A DNA stretch of 64,000 nucleotides from Escherichia coli (GCF_041886205.1 NZ_CP169029.1); one strand, 5' to 3'; counted from the stretch's first letter, positions 15,364-28,438 are shown. Notes: generated by a model not told the origin, from the letters alone. Made by a program: numbers and translations.

Positions 15364-15500
15364 TATTCTCCGTAACCTTCAGCAATGAAGGTATCGAAGA
15401 GATAGCGGTATTAACCGCAGGCACCAGGGAGGATAACGTTGCGTCAGCAACGGCCCGAAGGGCGAACGCCAGTGAGTCATCCTCTCGGATGCACCATCTT
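15364..15500 (+). repeat. Second copy of the ~136-bp repeat ending in a degenerate tRNA-Arg 3' end
   Basis: Ends ...tcatcctctcggatgcacca; paralogous to 15089..15224. Confidence 0.7.
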
Positions 15501-15643
15501 CTCCCAAAAATTTCCTTCAAAAATATCTCATTTCTAAATAACTACTTTATCCATTTCCTGAATTTTCTTCTCCTTCGCCATCAGCGACAAAATCAAGCAA
15601 TTACGCTAAAGTAGCGTCATATTTTTCGACTTGCGAGAAGACC

Positions 15644-16210
15644 ATGTACGAGCGTTATGCAGGTTTAATTTTTGATATGGATGGCACAATCCTGGATACG
15701 GAGCCTACGCACCGTAAAGCGTGGCGCGAAGTATTAGGGCACTACGGTCTTCAGTACGATGTTCAGGCAATGATTGCGCTTAATGGATCGCCCACCTGGC
15801 GTATTGCTCAGGCAATTATTGAGCTGAATCAGGCCGATCTCGACCCGCATGCGTTAGCGCGTGAAAAAACAGAAGCAGTAAGAAGTATGCTGCTGGATAG
15901 TGTCGAGCCGCTTCCTCTTGTTGAAGTGGTGAAAAGTTGGCATGGTCGTCGCCCAATGGCTGTAGGAACGGGGAGTGAAAGCGCCATCGCTGAGGCATTG
16001 CTGGCGCACCTGGGATTACGCCGTTATTTTGACGCCGTCGTCGCTGCTGATCACGTCAAACACCATAAACCCGCGCCAGACACATTTTTGTTGTGCGCGC
16101 AGCGTATGGGCGTGCAACCGACGCAGTGTGTGGTCTTTGAAGATGCCGATTTCGGTATTCAGGCGGCCCGTGCAGCAGGCATGGACGCCGTGGATGTTCG
16201 CTTGCTGTGA
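15644..16210 (+). CDS. yqaB: HAD-family sugar phosphatase YqaB
   Basis: 188 aa, HAD motif I FDMDGT near N-terminus. Confidence 0.9.
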   Translation: MYERYAGLIFDMDGTILDTEPTHRKAWREVLGHYGLQYDVQAMIALNGSPTWRIAQAIIELNQADLDPHALAREKTEAVRSMLLDSVEPLPLVEVVKSWHGRRPMAVGTGSESAIAEALLAHLGLRRYFDAVVAADHVKHHKPAPDTFLLCAQRMGVQPTQCVVFEDADFGIQAARAAGMDAVDVRLL

Positions 16211-16635
16211 GTGAAGCGTTATCGCTTTTCTCGTTGTTTGCCAGTAGTTTTCTCAGCGCTACACTATTACCCGGCAACTCCGAAGTCGTGCTGGTGGCAA
16301 TGTTGCTTTCCGGGATCAGTTATCCCTGGGTTTTAGTTTTAACAGCAACAATGGGTAATAGCCTTGGAGGGTTAACTAACGTTATCCTTGGGCGTTTCTT
16401 TCCATTGCGTAAAACATCGCGCTGGCAAGAGAAAGCTACTGGCTGGCTGAAACGCTATGGTGCAGTCACGCTATTATTAAGCTGGATGCCCGTGGTTGGC
16501 GATTTACTGTGTCTGTTAGCGGGATGGATGCGCATCTCGTGGGGACCGGTAATCTTTTTTTTGTGCCTTGGTAAAGCGTTACGCTATGTTGCAGTTGCAG
16601 CAGCTACCGTTCAGGGCATGATGTGGTGGCACTAA
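16207..16635 (+). CDS. yqaA: Inner membrane protein YqaA (DedA/SNARE-associated family)
   Basis: 142 aa hydrophobic ORF overlapping the yqaB stop. Confidence 0.88.
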   Translation: MSEALSLFSLFASSFLSATLLPGNSEVVLVAMLLSGISYPWVLVLTATMGNSLGGLTNVILGRFFPLRKTSRWQEKATGWLKRYGAVTLLLSWMPVVGDLLCLLAGWMRISWGPVIFFLCLGKALRYVAVAAATVQGMMWWH

Positions 16636-16680
16636 TTGTAGGCCTGCACATATGGTCACCATTACAGTTATGCTAATTAA

Positions 16681-18264
<1,584 letters not shown>

Positions 18265-18272
18265 CAGAAAAG

Positions 18273-18345
18273 AAAAAGGCCACTCGTGAGTGGCCAAAAT
18301 TTCATCTCTGAATTCAGGGATGATGATAACAAATGCGCGTCTTTC
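18273..18345 (-). ncRNA. micA: Small RNA MicA (SraD)
   Basis: Minus strand reads GAAAGACGCGCATTTGTTATCATCATCCCTGAATTCAGAGATGAAATTTTGGCCACTCACGAGTGGCCTTTTT; terminator hairpin + T5; located in the gshA-luxS intergenic region, divergent from luxS. Confidence 0.8.
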
Positions 18346-18413
18346 ATATACTCAGACTCGCCTGGGAAGAAAGAGTTCAGAAAATTTTTAAAAAAATTAC
18401 CGGAGGTGGCTAA

Positions 18414-18929
18414 ATGCCGTTGTTAGATAGCTTCACAGTCGATCATACCCGGATGGAAGCGCCTGCAGTTCGGGTGGCGAAAACAATGAACACCCCGCAT
18501 GGCGACGCAATCACCGTGTTCGATCTGCGCTTCTGCGTGCCGAACAAAGAAGTGATGCCAGAAAGAGGGATCCATACCCTGGAGCACCTGTTTGCTGGTT
18601 TTATGCGTAACCATCTTAACGGTAATGGTGTAGAGATTATCGATATCTCGCCAATGGGCTGCCGCACCGGTTTTTATATGAGTCTGATTGGTACGCCAGA
18701 TGAGCAGCGTGTTGCTGATGCCTGGAAAGCGGCAATGGAAGACGTGCTGAAAGTGCAGGATCAGAATCAGATCCCGGAACTGAACGTCTACCAGTGTGGC
18801 ACTTACCAGATGCACTCGTTGCAGGAAGCGCAGGATATTGCGCGTAGCATTCTGGAACGTGACGTACGCATCAACAGCAACGAAGAACTGGCACTGCCGA
18901 AAGAGAAGTTGCAGGAACTGCACATCTAG
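18414..18929 (+). CDS. luxS: S-ribosylhomocysteine lyase (AI-2 synthase)
   Basis: 171 aa, HTLEH metal-binding motif. Confidence 0.97.
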
Positions 18930-18961
18930 TCAGTAAACTATCTTCACAATTAATTGAAAAA

Positions 18962-18983
18962 AGCCAGTTCAAATGAACTGGCT
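18962..18983. terminator. Bidirectional rho-independent terminator between convergent luxS and emrB
   Basis: Perfect 10-bp inverted repeat agccagttca-aa-tgaactggct flanked by A-run upstream and T-rich downstream. Confidence 0.7.
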
Positions 18984-18992
18984 TAGTTGTAC

Positions 18993-20531
18993 TTAGTGCG
19001 CACCGCCTCCGCCGCCACCTGCGCCAAATGGCGGTTTAGCAAACCACACCAGCCCCAGCAGGACGAGGAATATCCCGGCTGACATCCAGAAGATCTCATT
19101 GGCGGAAATAATCAGCCCCTGATTGGTGATCTGCTGGGCAATCCAGCCTGATGCCTGCTGTTGCGTCATCCCAAGCCCTTCCAGTTGACTGTACATCGCC
19201 TGGGCATTCGGGTTGAACGGGTTTACCGACTCAGTCAACTGCGCATGGTGCATCGACTCGCGGTTGGTCCACATGGTCGTGGTTATCGACGTGCCGATAG
19301 ACCCCGCCAGCGTTCGCGTAAAGTTAGAGAGGCTCGATGCCGCCGCCAGTCGTTCCGGTGGCAAACCAGACAGCGTAATGGTGGTCAGCGGCATAAAGAA
19401 GCAGGCCACCGCAAACCCCTGGATAAACTGCGGCCAGGCCGACGCGCCAAAATCCATACCTGGTTCAAAGGTATAGGCACGCCAGTAGAAGCAGACGGCA
19501 TACATAATAAAGCTGAAGGTTACCAGCCGCCGCATATCCAGTTTATGCGCGAAGCGGCCGATAATCGGCGACAGGATCACCGGAATAATCCCTACCGGCG
19601 CAGAGGCCAAACCTGCCCAGGTCGCCGTGTAACCGTAGACCTCCTGCAACAACTGCGGCAGCAGAACAATAGCGCCGAAGTAGAGCATATACGCGAGGCT
19701 GATACACAAGCAGCCGATGGTGAAGTTGCGCGACTTAAACAACGACAGATCGACTATCGGGTTATCGTCGGTCAGCTCCCAGACAATCAGGAAGCAGATA
19801 GCCACCACCGCCACCACGGTAAGGATGATAATTTCCTGTGATGAAAACCAGTCCAGCTCTTTACCGCGGTCGAGCATAATCTGCAGGCTGCCGATACCAA
19901 TAACCAGCAGTGCCAGCCCCACGGCATCAATCCGCCGCCGTTCGGTGCGGGTTTCACGTCCGCGCAGAGTTTGCAGTGTCATCAACATCACCGCCACGCC
20001 AATCGGCACGTTGATGAAGAATATCCAGCCCCAGTGGTAATTATCGCTGATATAACCGCCGAGGATCGGGCCGCAAATTGGCGCGACAATCACCGTCATC
20101 GACCACAACGCCAGCGCGATCGAGCGTTTGGCTGGCGGGTAGTTATTCAGCAATAGACTTTGCGAAAGCGGGATCAACGGCCCGGCGACAATCCCCTGAA
20201 TCACGCGGAAGAAGATCAGCATATTCAGGCTGCTGGAGACACCACACGCCCACGACGCAATAGCAAAGGCGATGGTGGACCAAAGGAACAGTTTCACTTC
20301 CCCGACGCGCTTTGCCAGCCAGCCGGTAAGCGGGATCGAGATGGCATTCGCCACCCCGAAAGAAGTGATTACCCACGTTCCCTGGCTGAGCGATGAGCCC
20401 AGATTCCCGGCGATAGTGGGGATCGCCACGTTAGCAATGGTGGAGTCCAGCACCTGCATGAATGTCGCCAGTGACAGCGCAATCGTCATAATGACCAGTT
20501 GCGCGCCTTCCAGCGGTTTTTGCTGTTGCAT
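18993..20531 (-). CDS. emrB: Multidrug efflux MFS transporter EmrB
   Basis: 512 aa from MQQQKPLEGAQLVIMTIALSLATFMQVLD; ORF track start 20540 is a 3-codon extension. Confidence 0.95.
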   Translation of the reverse strand: MQQQKPLEGAQLVIMTIALSLATFMQVLDSTIANVAIPTIAGNLGSSLSQGTWVITSFGVANAISIPLTGWLAKRVGEVKLFLWSTIAFAIASWACGVSSSLNMLIFFRVIQGIVAGPLIPLSQSLLLNNYPPAKRSIALALWSMTVIVAPICGPILGGYISDNYHWGWIFFINVPIGVAVMLMTLQTLRGRETRTERRRIDAVGLALLVIGIGSLQIMLDRGKELDWFSSQEIIILTVVAVVAICFLIVWELTDDNPIVDLSLFKSRNFTIGCLCISLAYMLYFGAIVLLPQLLQEVYGYTATWAGLASAPVGIIPVILSPIIGRFAHKLDMRRLVTFSFIMYAVCFYWRAYTFEPGMDFGASAWPQFIQGFAVACFFMPLTTITLSGLPPERLAAASSLSNFTRTLAGSIGTSITTTMWTNRESMHHAQLTESVNPFNPNAQAMYSQLEGLGMTQQQASGWIAQQITNQGLIISANEIFWMSAGIFLVLLGLVWFAKPPFGAGGGGGGAH

Positions 20532-20547
20532 CACACGCACCTCTGGA

Positions 20548-21720
20548 TTAGCCAGCGTTAGCTTTTACGATATCGTCGATCAGTTTATTGACAGGTGCCA
20601 GGCTGATTTCACGCGCGGTACTTACCGCGACCGGTGTTGAACGTACTTTATTTGCCAGTACCTGACCGTCACGGTTAGTGGTATTGACGCTCACCAGCGT
20701 GGACAAACCAATGCGCAGCGGGTATTGCTCCAGCTGTTTCTGGTCCAGTTCGATACGCACAGGTAGACGCTGAACGACTTTGATCCAGTTACCGGTCGCA
20801 TTTTGCGCCGGAAGCAGTGAGAACGCGCTACCTGTGCCCATATCCAGACCAACCACTTTACCGGTGTATTTCACATCATCGCCGTAAATATCGGTGGTGA
20901 TGGTGACCGGCTGACCGATGCGCATATTGGCAATCTGCGTCTCTTTAAAGTTGGCATCCACCCACATATTGGTGGCTGGAACGACCGCCATCAGCGGCGT
21001 CGTTGGGCTAATTTGCGCACCCGGTTGCACGGCACGACGGGAAACATAACCAGTCATCGGACTGACAATACGGGTACGCTCCAGCGCCAGCCAGGCGTTA
21101 CGTACTTCGGTGGCAGCCTGTTGCACGGCAGGCTGATCTTCCAGTTTAGTCCCCAGAATCATCGCCTGATTGGCATTGTATTGTTGAATAGCGACGTCCA
21201 GTTGCGCCTGGGCACTGGTGACGGCGTCGCGGGCGTGTTGCAGCTCTTCGCGACCAATCAGGTTGGCATTGCCCAGCGGCACACGGCGGTTGTAGTCGCT
21301 TTGTGCTTTCGCGAGGGCGATTTTCTGCACCTCAATATTCGCCTGCAACTGCTTGCTGTTAATCATCAGCTGGTGGGTTTGGCGAACGCTGGAAGCCAGT
21401 GCAGTTTTGGCTTTTTCAAACGCCTGGCGAGCATCTGTCGGGTCGAGAGTGACCAGAACATCGCCTTCTTTTACAAAATCGGTGTTATCGGCCCAGACTT
21501 TCGTCACGCTGCCAGACACCTGAGACATAATTTGAATCTGATTCCCTGCCACGTATGCGTCATCGGTTTCTTCGAAATGACGCAGTACCAAAAACCAATA
21601 AATCCCTATCGCTACGGCAATAATTATAAAGAGCAAGGTGAGAAGGAGGAGCAGACGCTTACGTTTGCCGCTCTTCTTTACCGGTTGCTGCGGGGTTTGA
21701 GTCTCCGCATTTGCGCTCAT
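20548..21720 (-). CDS. emrA: Multidrug efflux membrane fusion protein EmrA
   Basis: 390 aa from MSANAETQTPQQPVKKSGKRKR; single TM then coiled-coil/HlyD-like. Confidence 0.95.
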   Translation of the reverse strand: MSANAETQTPQQPVKKSGKRKRLLLLLTLLFIIIAVAIGIYWFLVLRHFEETDDAYVAGNQIQIMSQVSGSVTKVWADNTDFVKEGDVLVTLDPTDARQAFEKAKTALASSVRQTHQLMINSKQLQANIEVQKIALAKAQSDYNRRVPLGNANLIGREELQHARDAVTSAQAQLDVAIQQYNANQAMILGTKLEDQPAVQQAATEVRNAWLALERTRIVSPMTGYVSRRAVQPGAQISPTTPLMAVVPATNMWVDANFKETQIANMRIGQPVTITTDIYGDDVKYTGKVVGLDMGTGSAFSLLPAQNATGNWIKVVQRLPVRIELDQKQLEQYPLRIGLSTLVSVNTTNRDGQVLANKVRSTPVAVSTAREISLAPVNKLIDDIVKANAG

Positions 21721-21773
21721 ATTGTTCTCCACGATCTTCTTAACTCATCGGCTGAGCCGACCTGCTTGCCAAA

Positions 21774-21798
21774 AAGGCCAGCATGTTGCGATGCTGGC
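21774..21798. terminator. Hairpin between mprA and emrA (possible attenuator)
   Basis: ggccagcatgttgcgatgctggcc inverted repeat with T-runs on both sides. Confidence 0.4.
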
Positions 21799-21846
21799 CA
21801 GTCATTTTTTCTTTTATAAGTCTGGATTTTTGAGCGAGATGACGCG

Positions 21847-22377
21847 TTAGCTCATCGCTTCGAGAACCACACCGTCTTGTTCCATCTGGTCGAGACGGGA
21901 GAGCAATTTGCGGGTGATTTGCTCGAGCTGATCTTTTTCTGTTGTGCTGAGCGCGGACCAGAGTAGATGCAGGCAGTTATGCTGCGGTGGTAAAACCTCG
22001 CGCAAAAACTCGTGACCTTTTTCCGTTAATTGCAGATGCAGGCAGCGGCGATCGTTATCGCTTTCACGACGTTCGATCCAACCGCGTTTTTCCAGTTCAT
22101 CGGCAATACGCGTCGCGTTGGTACGGGATGACCCAAGAGCACAACTTAATTCAGAAGGCTGAATACTGTGGTTTTCCTGAGACTCCAGCGTAATCAACGC
22201 CATAAACAACGTCTCGTTAATCCCCTGAGCCTTCAGCATTTTATTGCGGTTCTCCAGCAGCTTGCTTTGCATGTGCATGCAAAGACGAGTCAGAAGGATC
22301 TCCTGATAAGGAAAATCTTCGTGGCGGCTGGCGCGAAATTTTAGCATTTGTTCAATGGGCGTAAACGAACTATCCAT
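21847..22377 (-). CDS. mprA: MarR-family repressor MprA (EmrR)
   Basis: 176 aa ORF upstream of emrAB on the same strand. Confidence 0.95.
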   Translation of the reverse strand: MDSSFTPIEQMLKFRASRHEDFPYQEILLTRLCMHMQSKLLENRNKMLKAQGINETLFMALITLESQENHSIQPSELSCALGSSRTNATRIADELEKRGWIERRESDNDRRCLHLQLTEKGHEFLREVLPPQHNCLHLLWSALSTTEKDQLEQITRKLLSRLDQMEQDGVVLEAMS

Positions 22378-22467
22378 TTGGGTATGACCTCATTAATTTC
22401 AGCCGATATAGTAACGACAGTGACAAATAAAGTAAATGTATTGTTTTAGAAAAATGATTCTTGTGGG

Positions 22468-22803
22468 TTATATAATCGCCATCACTTTCCAGGCGAGCCC
22501 ATAGGCCAGCGCACTAAGCAGTGTTGGGATGATAATGCTGCGTGTTTTATAGAAACTGGCACCCAGTACCGCGAAGCCGACCAGCGTGGGCACGAAACGG
22601 CGTGTATCGTGCATCACTTCTGGTGCGGTAGAGACAACCAGCAGAGCGCATATCGAGGCGATGCCAATGGTGTCGAGCAAAATACCTACCGCGCCACGTT
22701 TGGTTGGGCGGGCATTACCCACACGCAGGCGCAGCGGCAAATAGCGGAAGCAATAATTCGCTGCGCCAACCAGTAACCCAAGCAGCAGAACCTCATAGCT
22801 CAT
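22468..22803 (-). CDS. ygaH: Branched-chain amino acid (L-valine) exporter small subunit YgaH (AzlD family)
   Basis: 111 aa hydrophobic ORF overlapping ygaZ stop. Confidence 0.88.
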   Translation of the reverse strand: MSYEVLLLGLLVGAANYCFRYLPLRLRVGNARPTKRGAVGILLDTIGIASICALLVVSTAPEVMHDTRRFVPTLVGFAVLGASFYKTRSIIIPTLLSALAYGLAWKVMAII

Positions 22804-23530
22804 CGGGCGCTCCTTGCCAGAATGCCTGGATTAACGCAGTGAGGCAGCCACAGACAATGCCTGCCAGAATGGCGACGGGAATAGAAAATAGCGTTACGCC
22901 TGCAAGGGCACCAACTAACGCTGCGGTAACGCAAAGAGATTGTTTGCGCTGGAAAGAGGCGAGCAGGAAACTCATAAAGAGTGCCGGAAGCATAAAACCT
23001 AATGCAGCTTCAACGACGGGATAACCTTGCAGCAAGCCGCTGCCGGAGAATGCCCCTATTACCGTACCAAATACCCACGATGACCATGAACTGAAGGCAA
23101 TGCCGATCATCCAGTTCTCGCTCCAGCGGCGATTATTGCGTACCAGTTTTGCGGTTGCGGCGGCAAAAACCTCATCCGTCAGGCCAAACGCCCACAGGGC
23201 GGTTTTCGATTTTTGCAGACGCTGAATAATACGGCTACGCAGTGAAGGGCCATACAACACATGGCGAACATCCATTGCCATGACGGTCAGTGCAGCAACC
23301 CACAAACTACTCCCGGCTGCCAGCATCGCGGTAATGACGAACTGGCTCGCGCCTGCATAAATGATGCAGGAGAAAAAAACGCTTTCGAGAGGAGAGAATC
23401 CCAGACGGGTCGCATTCAGACCGAACGCAAAGGCCACCGGAATATAACTAATAACAATCGGTAAACTGTCTTTGCATCCTTCCATGAAGGTCGCCGAACC
23501 AGGAGCAGGCTGTGGAGTAGGGCTTTCCAT
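22793..23530 (-). CDS. ygaZ: Branched-chain amino acid exporter subunit YgaZ (AzlC family)
   Basis: 245 aa multi-TM ORF. Confidence 0.88.
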   Translation of the reverse strand: MESPTPQPAPGSATFMEGCKDSLPIVISYIPVAFAFGLNATRLGFSPLESVFFSCIIYAGASQFVITAMLAAGSSLWVAALTVMAMDVRHVLYGPSLRSRIIQRLQKSKTALWAFGLTDEVFAAATAKLVRNNRRWSENWMIGIAFSSWSSWVFGTVIGAFSGSGLLQGYPVVEAALGFMLPALFMSFLLASFQRKQSLCVTAALVGALAGVTLFSIPVAILAGIVCGCLTALIQAFWQGAPDEL

Positions 23531-23653
23531 AGAGTGTACGCTTAACGATTGTTAATATTATAAATAGACTGAATGAATATCTTAACCTTATCAGACTGAT
23601 GGGCTTCTTAACACCCTTATAAGTGTAAAGCCACGAAAACGGTTGCTGATTGC

Positions 23654-24838
23654 TTAATTTGCGGCTTCCTGACGATGAAAACCTCGCCACCAGACCAGTA
23701 AGTTAACCAGGGCAATCGTCGCGCCAGCCAGACAAACGCCAGCCCAACCGCCATGTTGCCAGGCTGAGGCTGAAATTAGCGAACCGGCGGCACCGCCAAT
23801 AAAGTAGCTAGTCATGTAACCTGCGGTCAGGCGATTGCGCGCATCAGGATGTATCCGATAAATTACCGTCTGGTTAGTGATATGCACGCCCTGCACGGTG
23901 AGATCCAGCACTAGGATTCCGATAATCAACGCCAGTACGGAAGTGTGACCAAACCAGATCGCCAGCCATGAAAGTAATAGCAGCAGCAGACCGAAAGTTG
24001 TGGTGTGGTGCGATTTGCCCTTATCGGCAAAACCGCCCGCCGGACGAGCGCCCAACGCTCCGGCAGCTCCCGCAAGTCCAAACAGACCAATTACACCATC
24101 GCTGTAGTTAAAAGGTGGAGCGGCAAGCAAAAAGGCCATTGAGGTCCAGAGAATGCTGAAATTGGCAAAGGTCAGGCAGCCCAGCAACGCGCGGGTACGC
24201 AGAATTTTATCGCTGATAAACATACTGAAAACGGAACCCAACAACTGTGGGTAGTTGAGGTGGGTTTCTGATTTCATTTGTGGCAGACCACGCCATAATG
24301 CCAGCGCCATCAGTGCCATTAACACCGAAGCAACCCAAAAGACGGTGCGCCAGCCGCCGAGATTCGCCAGCAATCCGGCAACTGTCCGTGCCAGCAAGAT
24401 CCCCAACAGCAGACCGCTCATAATAGTGCCAACCACTTTGCCGCGTTTGTCCGGTGAAGCCAGCGTCGCTGCCAGCGGAACCAGAATTTGTGCCACGACA
24501 GAGAATAAACCGGTTAATGCCGTACCGAGGATCATCATCGCCAGCGACTGACTGCTGGCAGTGATTAACATGCCGCCTGCCGCCAGTAAGGTCATCGAGA
24601 CAATCAGGCGGCGGCGTTCAAACATATCACCGAGGGGAACAAGAAACAGCAGACCTGCTGCATAGCCCAATTGCGCGGCGGTAACAATAAAGCCTGCCGA
24701 ACTGGCGGAAAGGGAAAAGTTACGCGCGATGGTGTCGAGCAATGGCTGAGCGTAATAGTTACTGGCGACCGCCAGACCGGTGGCGATAGACATCAGCACG
24801 ATCAGCGCCGGGCTAAGCTCATGATTAGGTTTAGTCAT
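23654..24838 (-). CDS. ygaY: MFS transporter YgaY (intact here; interrupted in K-12)
   Basis: 394 aa uninterrupted 12-TM-like ORF. Confidence 0.8.
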   Translation of the reverse strand: MTKPNHELSPALIVLMSIATGLAVASNYYAQPLLDTIARNFSLSASSAGFIVTAAQLGYAAGLLFLVPLGDMFERRRLIVSMTLLAAGGMLITASSQSLAMMILGTALTGLFSVVAQILVPLAATLASPDKRGKVVGTIMSGLLLGILLARTVAGLLANLGGWRTVFWVASVLMALMALALWRGLPQMKSETHLNYPQLLGSVFSMFISDKILRTRALLGCLTFANFSILWTSMAFLLAAPPFNYSDGVIGLFGLAGAAGALGARPAGGFADKGKSHHTTTFGLLLLLLSWLAIWFGHTSVLALIIGILVLDLTVQGVHITNQTVIYRIHPDARNRLTAGYMTSYFIGGAAGSLISASAWQHGGWAGVCLAGATIALVNLLVWWRGFHRQEAAN

Positions 24839-24938
24839 TATTTTTGTTCATCAGGTGATGATTAAGCTGGAAATCAATAATAGCGGATGTTGATGAATAT
24901 GGGATGAAAGATAGCTTGTTGAAATGTGCGATGTGGTT

Positions 24939-25120
24939 TGTAGGCATGATAAGACGCGCCAGCGTCGCATCAGGCATTGTGCACAGAACGGCGGATGCGG
25001 CGAAAACGCCTTATCCGCCATACGGAATGAGTGTATTTTGTAGGCATGATAAGACGCTCCAGCGTCGCATCAGGCATTGTGTACAGAGCGGCGGATGAGG
25101 TAAAAACGCCTTATCCGCCC
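24939..25120. repeat. BIME: tandemly duplicated REP (repetitive extragenic palindromic) elements
   Basis: Two near-identical units tgtaggcatgataagacgcgccagcgtcgcatcaggca...ggcggatgcggcgaaaacgccttatccgcc between ygaY and proX. Confidence 0.8.
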
Positions 25121-25129
25121 GAATAAAAA

Positions 25130-26122
25130 TTACTTCTGCGCTGCCAGCGCCTCATTCACCCAGCCATCGAACTGCTGCTGGTGGGCTTTGATCCAGCCAT
25201 CAACATGGCCCTGAATATCGCCTTCTGAGGCTTTGCCGTCATGCATAATGGCGTTCTGGGCGTTAATATCGGCCACTGGCAACTGCATAATGGCAAACAG
25301 TTTCGCTGCCGCCGGGTTTTTCTCGGCCCAGGCTTTGTTGGCAACGATATGCATGGTGCTGACCGGGAAGCCATAATTCGCACCATTCGGCAGTTTGGTA
25401 TCGGCGTTTTTATCGCCCGGCAGTGCGGAGAACGGCACCTGCAACCAGACCACATCTTTCCCTGGCTTCAGCTCATTACTCACCCAGTACGGCGTCCAGG
25501 TGTAGTAAAACACCGGTTTGCCCTCTTTGTAGCGACTGATGGTGTCGGCCATCATCGCCGCGTAGTTCCCCTGATTATGCGTCACGGTATGGGTCAGTTC
25601 ATACGCGGCAAGCTGGTGGTTGATCGCACCTTCGCAGCCCCAGCCAGGGTTACAACCGGTTAAATCCGCTTTTCCGTCGCCGTTGGTATCGAACAGTTTG
25701 GCGATCTTCGGATCTTTCAGTTGTGCGATGTTGGTGATTTTGTACTGGTCGGCGGTTTTCTTATCGATCAGGTAACCCTGTGCCGCGCCGTTAACAAATA
25801 CCCCTTCACGATAAAATTTCTTATCGCCACCGGCAGCTTCGTACATGTTGTCATGCAGTGGCGTCCAGTTCACGGCGGTGAAGGTTGCATCGCCGGAAGC
25901 AAGCGAGGTGTAGCCAACGTTGTAATCTACTTCGCTGGGTTTGTTGACGGTATAGCCTAATTTCTCCAGCGCACGGCTGACCAGCAGCGTCTGGAAGGTT
26001 TCTTCGGTGATGGTGCTTTGAACTGGATTAACAGTAATACCTTTGCCCGGCAGATCGGCAGCAAAAGTTTGTGTAGAGATAAGCGTGGCAAACGCTGTCG
26101 CAAAAAGTACGCTATGTCGCAT
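25130..26122 (-). CDS. proX: Glycine betaine/proline ABC transporter periplasmic binding protein
   Basis: 330 aa from [21 protein letters not shown] (signal peptide); ORF track start 26170 is an extension. Confidence 0.95.
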   Translation of the reverse strand: MRHSVLFATAFATLISTQTFAADLPGKGITVNPVQSTITEETFQTLLVSRALEKLGYTVNKPSEVDYNVGYTSLASGDATFTAVNWTPLHDNMYEAAGGDKKFYREGVFVNGAAQGYLIDKKTADQYKITNIAQLKDPKIAKLFDTNGDGKADLTGCNPGWGCEGAINHQLAAYELTHTVTHNQGNYAAMMADTISRYKEGKPVFYYTWTPYWVSNELKPGKDVVWLQVPFSALPGDKNADTKLPNGANYGFPVSTMHIVANKAWAEKNPAAAKLFAIMQLPVADINAQNAIMHDGKASEGDIQGHVDGWIKAHQQQFDGWVNEALAAQK

Positions 26123-26178
26123 TGTTATTCCTTTTTTTGGCAGGGTGATATGCCCGGCGTCACCGGGCAAGTGCAGAG

Positions 26179-27243
26179 TTACTTAATGAATGGGCGGGTC
26201 AGCAGACCGACAGGGCCAGTGGTGTACCAGCGACGGTTGCCGCGACTGCGTGAGTCGCGCCCAACGGCCTGCGTCAGACGATCGAGGATAATGGCGAGGA
26301 TCACAATCCCGACGCCGCCAACGGTGGCAAGCCCCATATCCAGACGACCGATACCGCGAAGTACCATCTGACCCAACCCGCCGACGGCAATCATCGAGGC
26401 GATGACCACCATAGAAAGGGCCAGCATCAGCGTCTGGTTAACGCCCGCCATAATGGTCGGCATCGCCAGCGGTAACTGAACTTTGAACAGCATCTGGCGC
26501 GGGCTGGCACCGAATGAGCGCGAGGCTTCAATCAGATCCGCCGGAACCTGGTTAATCCCCAGAATGGTCAGACGGATAATCGGCGGCAGAGCAAAGATGA
26601 TCGTCACCACCACGCCCGGCACGTTACCGATACCAAATAGCATGACGATTGGCACCAGATAAACAAACGCTGGCGTGGTCTGCATGGCATCAAGCAGTGG
26701 ACGAATAATTTTCGCCGCTCGCGGACTTCTCGCCAGCCATATCCCCAACGGCAAACCGATGACGATACAGAACAGCAGGGCGGTTAACACCAGCGCCAGA
26801 GTCACCATTGCCTGCGACCAGGCACCGATTGCGCCGATGGCAATCAGCGAAACCAGCGTCGCCACACCCATTCCGACCCCGGAAATCTGCCAGGCGATGA
26901 GAGCGAAAACGATAATCGCCACCGGTGCGGGCATACCCAGCAGCAATTGCTGGAAACCGTTGAGGATATAATCAACCGGAACGCGCACGCCCTGGAAGAC
27001 GGGACGGAAATGGGTAACGACCCAGTCGATCCCTTCAGTGACCCAACTGTCGAGCGGGATCAGCGTTTTATGGAACGGATCGAGAATATTAAAATGCTCG
27101 ACGTTTGGCGCAGGCGTACTGATCAGCCAGTCAGCACCACCGCCGTCAGTCGGTGCAGTCGTCGGTGTACCCCAGGCGTCTGCGGATTGCGCGGCACTGT
27201 CCGCCGCTGGCGTGGTATCCCACGGATTATTTTGATCAGCCAT
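26179..27243 (-). CDS. proW: Glycine betaine/proline ABC transporter permease
   Basis: 354 aa multi-TM ORF. Confidence 0.95.
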   Translation of the reverse strand: MADQNNPWDTTPAADSAAQSADAWGTPTTAPTDGGGADWLISTPAPNVEHFNILDPFHKTLIPLDSWVTEGIDWVVTHFRPVFQGVRVPVDYILNGFQQLLLGMPAPVAIIVFALIAWQISGVGMGVATLVSLIAIGAIGAWSQAMVTLALVLTALLFCIVIGLPLGIWLARSPRAAKIIRPLLDAMQTTPAFVYLVPIVMLFGIGNVPGVVVTIIFALPPIIRLTILGINQVPADLIEASRSFGASPRQMLFKVQLPLAMPTIMAGVNQTLMLALSMVVIASMIAVGGLGQMVLRGIGRLDMGLATVGGVGIVILAIILDRLTQAVGRDSRSRGNRRWYTTGPVGLLTRPFIK

Positions 27244-28438
27244 TATTTACCCCCTCACGATCTAAAGCGCGCAGCAGCATTCCTTTCGAAATGATGCCGA
27301 CATACTGTTGGTCCTCGTCGACCACGGGCACCGCACAGGGTGCCTGTCCGACATGAGAGAGCAACTCGCTAAGAGGCGTTTGTGCATCGACTGCTAACGG
27401 CGCATCAATCAGCGCCGCATCAAGACCTTGCTGCTGCGTTAACGCGGTTTTAAGCGAATCGATGGAGACTGCGCCGACAAACTTATTACCGCGTTCGATA
27501 ACGTAGCCATATTCGCGATCTTCATCCTGCAATAATTTCAGTGCCGAACGTGGGCCGAAGCCAGGGGTTTTACGAATTAAGCCATTCGGTGTCCGGCGGG
27601 CAATATCTTTCGCACTGAATACCTGACTAATATCAACGCCACGGAAGAAGGTACGGACATAATCATTCGCCGGATTATTGAGAATTTCATCCGGTGTGCC
27701 GACCTGTACCACTTCACCATTTTGCATAATGGCAATTCGGTCGCCAATACGCATGGCTTCATCGAGATCGTGGGAAATAAAGACAATGGTGCGCTGATGT
27801 TTCGCCTGTAATTTTACCAGCTCATCCTGCATCTCGGTGCGAATTAATGGATCGAGCGCCGAGAAGGCTTCATCCATTAATAAAATATCCGGATTAATCG
27901 CTAACGCGCGGGCTAATCCCACACGTTGACGCATCCCGCCAGAGAGTTCATCCGGGTAGCTGTGGGCATAATTTTCCAGCCCGACCTGACGCAGTGCATC
28001 AATGGCTTTTTCCCGGCGTTCTTCGGCATTAATTCCGGCCAATTCCATACCAAACGCAGTATTGTCCAGCACGGTCATATGCGGCATTAAGGCAAAGGAC
28101 TGGAAGACCATCGCAATCTTTTTTCTGCGCACCTCACGGAGTTCGGCGTCGGATATTTTGGCAATATCCACACCATCAATCAGTACTTGCCCGCGGGTGG
28201 GTTCAATCAGGCGATTGAGAAGGCGTACCATTGTGGATTTACCCGAGCCGGATAATCCCATGATGACAAATATCTCGCCTTCTTCAATGGCCAGACTGGC
28301 GTCTTTTACGCCAAGCGATAGCCCAGTTTTTTCCAGAATTTGTTCTTTCGAAAGTCCTTGTTCGATATATTTGAACGCTCGCTGTGGATGCTCACCAAAT
28401 ATTTTATAAAGATTTTTAATTTCTAATTTAATTGCCAT
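27236..28438 (-). CDS. proV: Glycine betaine/proline ABC transporter ATP-binding protein (with C-terminal CBS domains)
   Basis: 400 aa from [22 protein letters not shown]; Walker [10 protein letters not shown], signature LSGGMRQR; ORF track start 28639 is an upstream extension. Confidence 0.95.
   Translation of the reverse strand: MAIKLEIKNLYKIFGEHPQRAFKYIEQGLSKEQILEKTGLSLGVKDASLAIEEGEIFVIMGLSGSGKSTMVRLLNRLIEPTRGQVLIDGVDIAKISDAELREVRRKKIAMVFQSFALMPHMTVLDNTAFGMELAGINAEERREKAIDALRQVGLENYAHSYPDELSGGMRQRVGLARALAINPDILLMDEAFSALDPLIRTEMQDELVKLQAKHQRTIVFISHDLDEAMRIGDRIAIMQNGEVVQVGTPDEILNNPANDYVRTFFRGVDISQVFSAKDIARRTPNGLIRKTPGFGPRSALKLLQDEDREYGYVIERGNKFVGAVSIDSLKTALTQQQGLDAALIDAPLAVDAQTPLSELLSHVGQAPCAVPVVDEDQQYVGIISKGMLLRALDREGVNNG

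Noticed and set aside
14439-15520. 261-aa and 138-aa minus-strand ORFs
   Set aside because: They run across the serV / tRNA-Arg array and its repeats; the repeated peptide segments are caused by the repeated tRNA genes
19161-21819. 226-aa and 268-aa plus-strand ORFs
   Set aside because: Antisense within emrB and emrA; Arg/His-rich random-like translations
24904-25098. 64-aa ORF
   Set aside because: Overlaps the REP/BIME palindromic repeats between ygaY and proX
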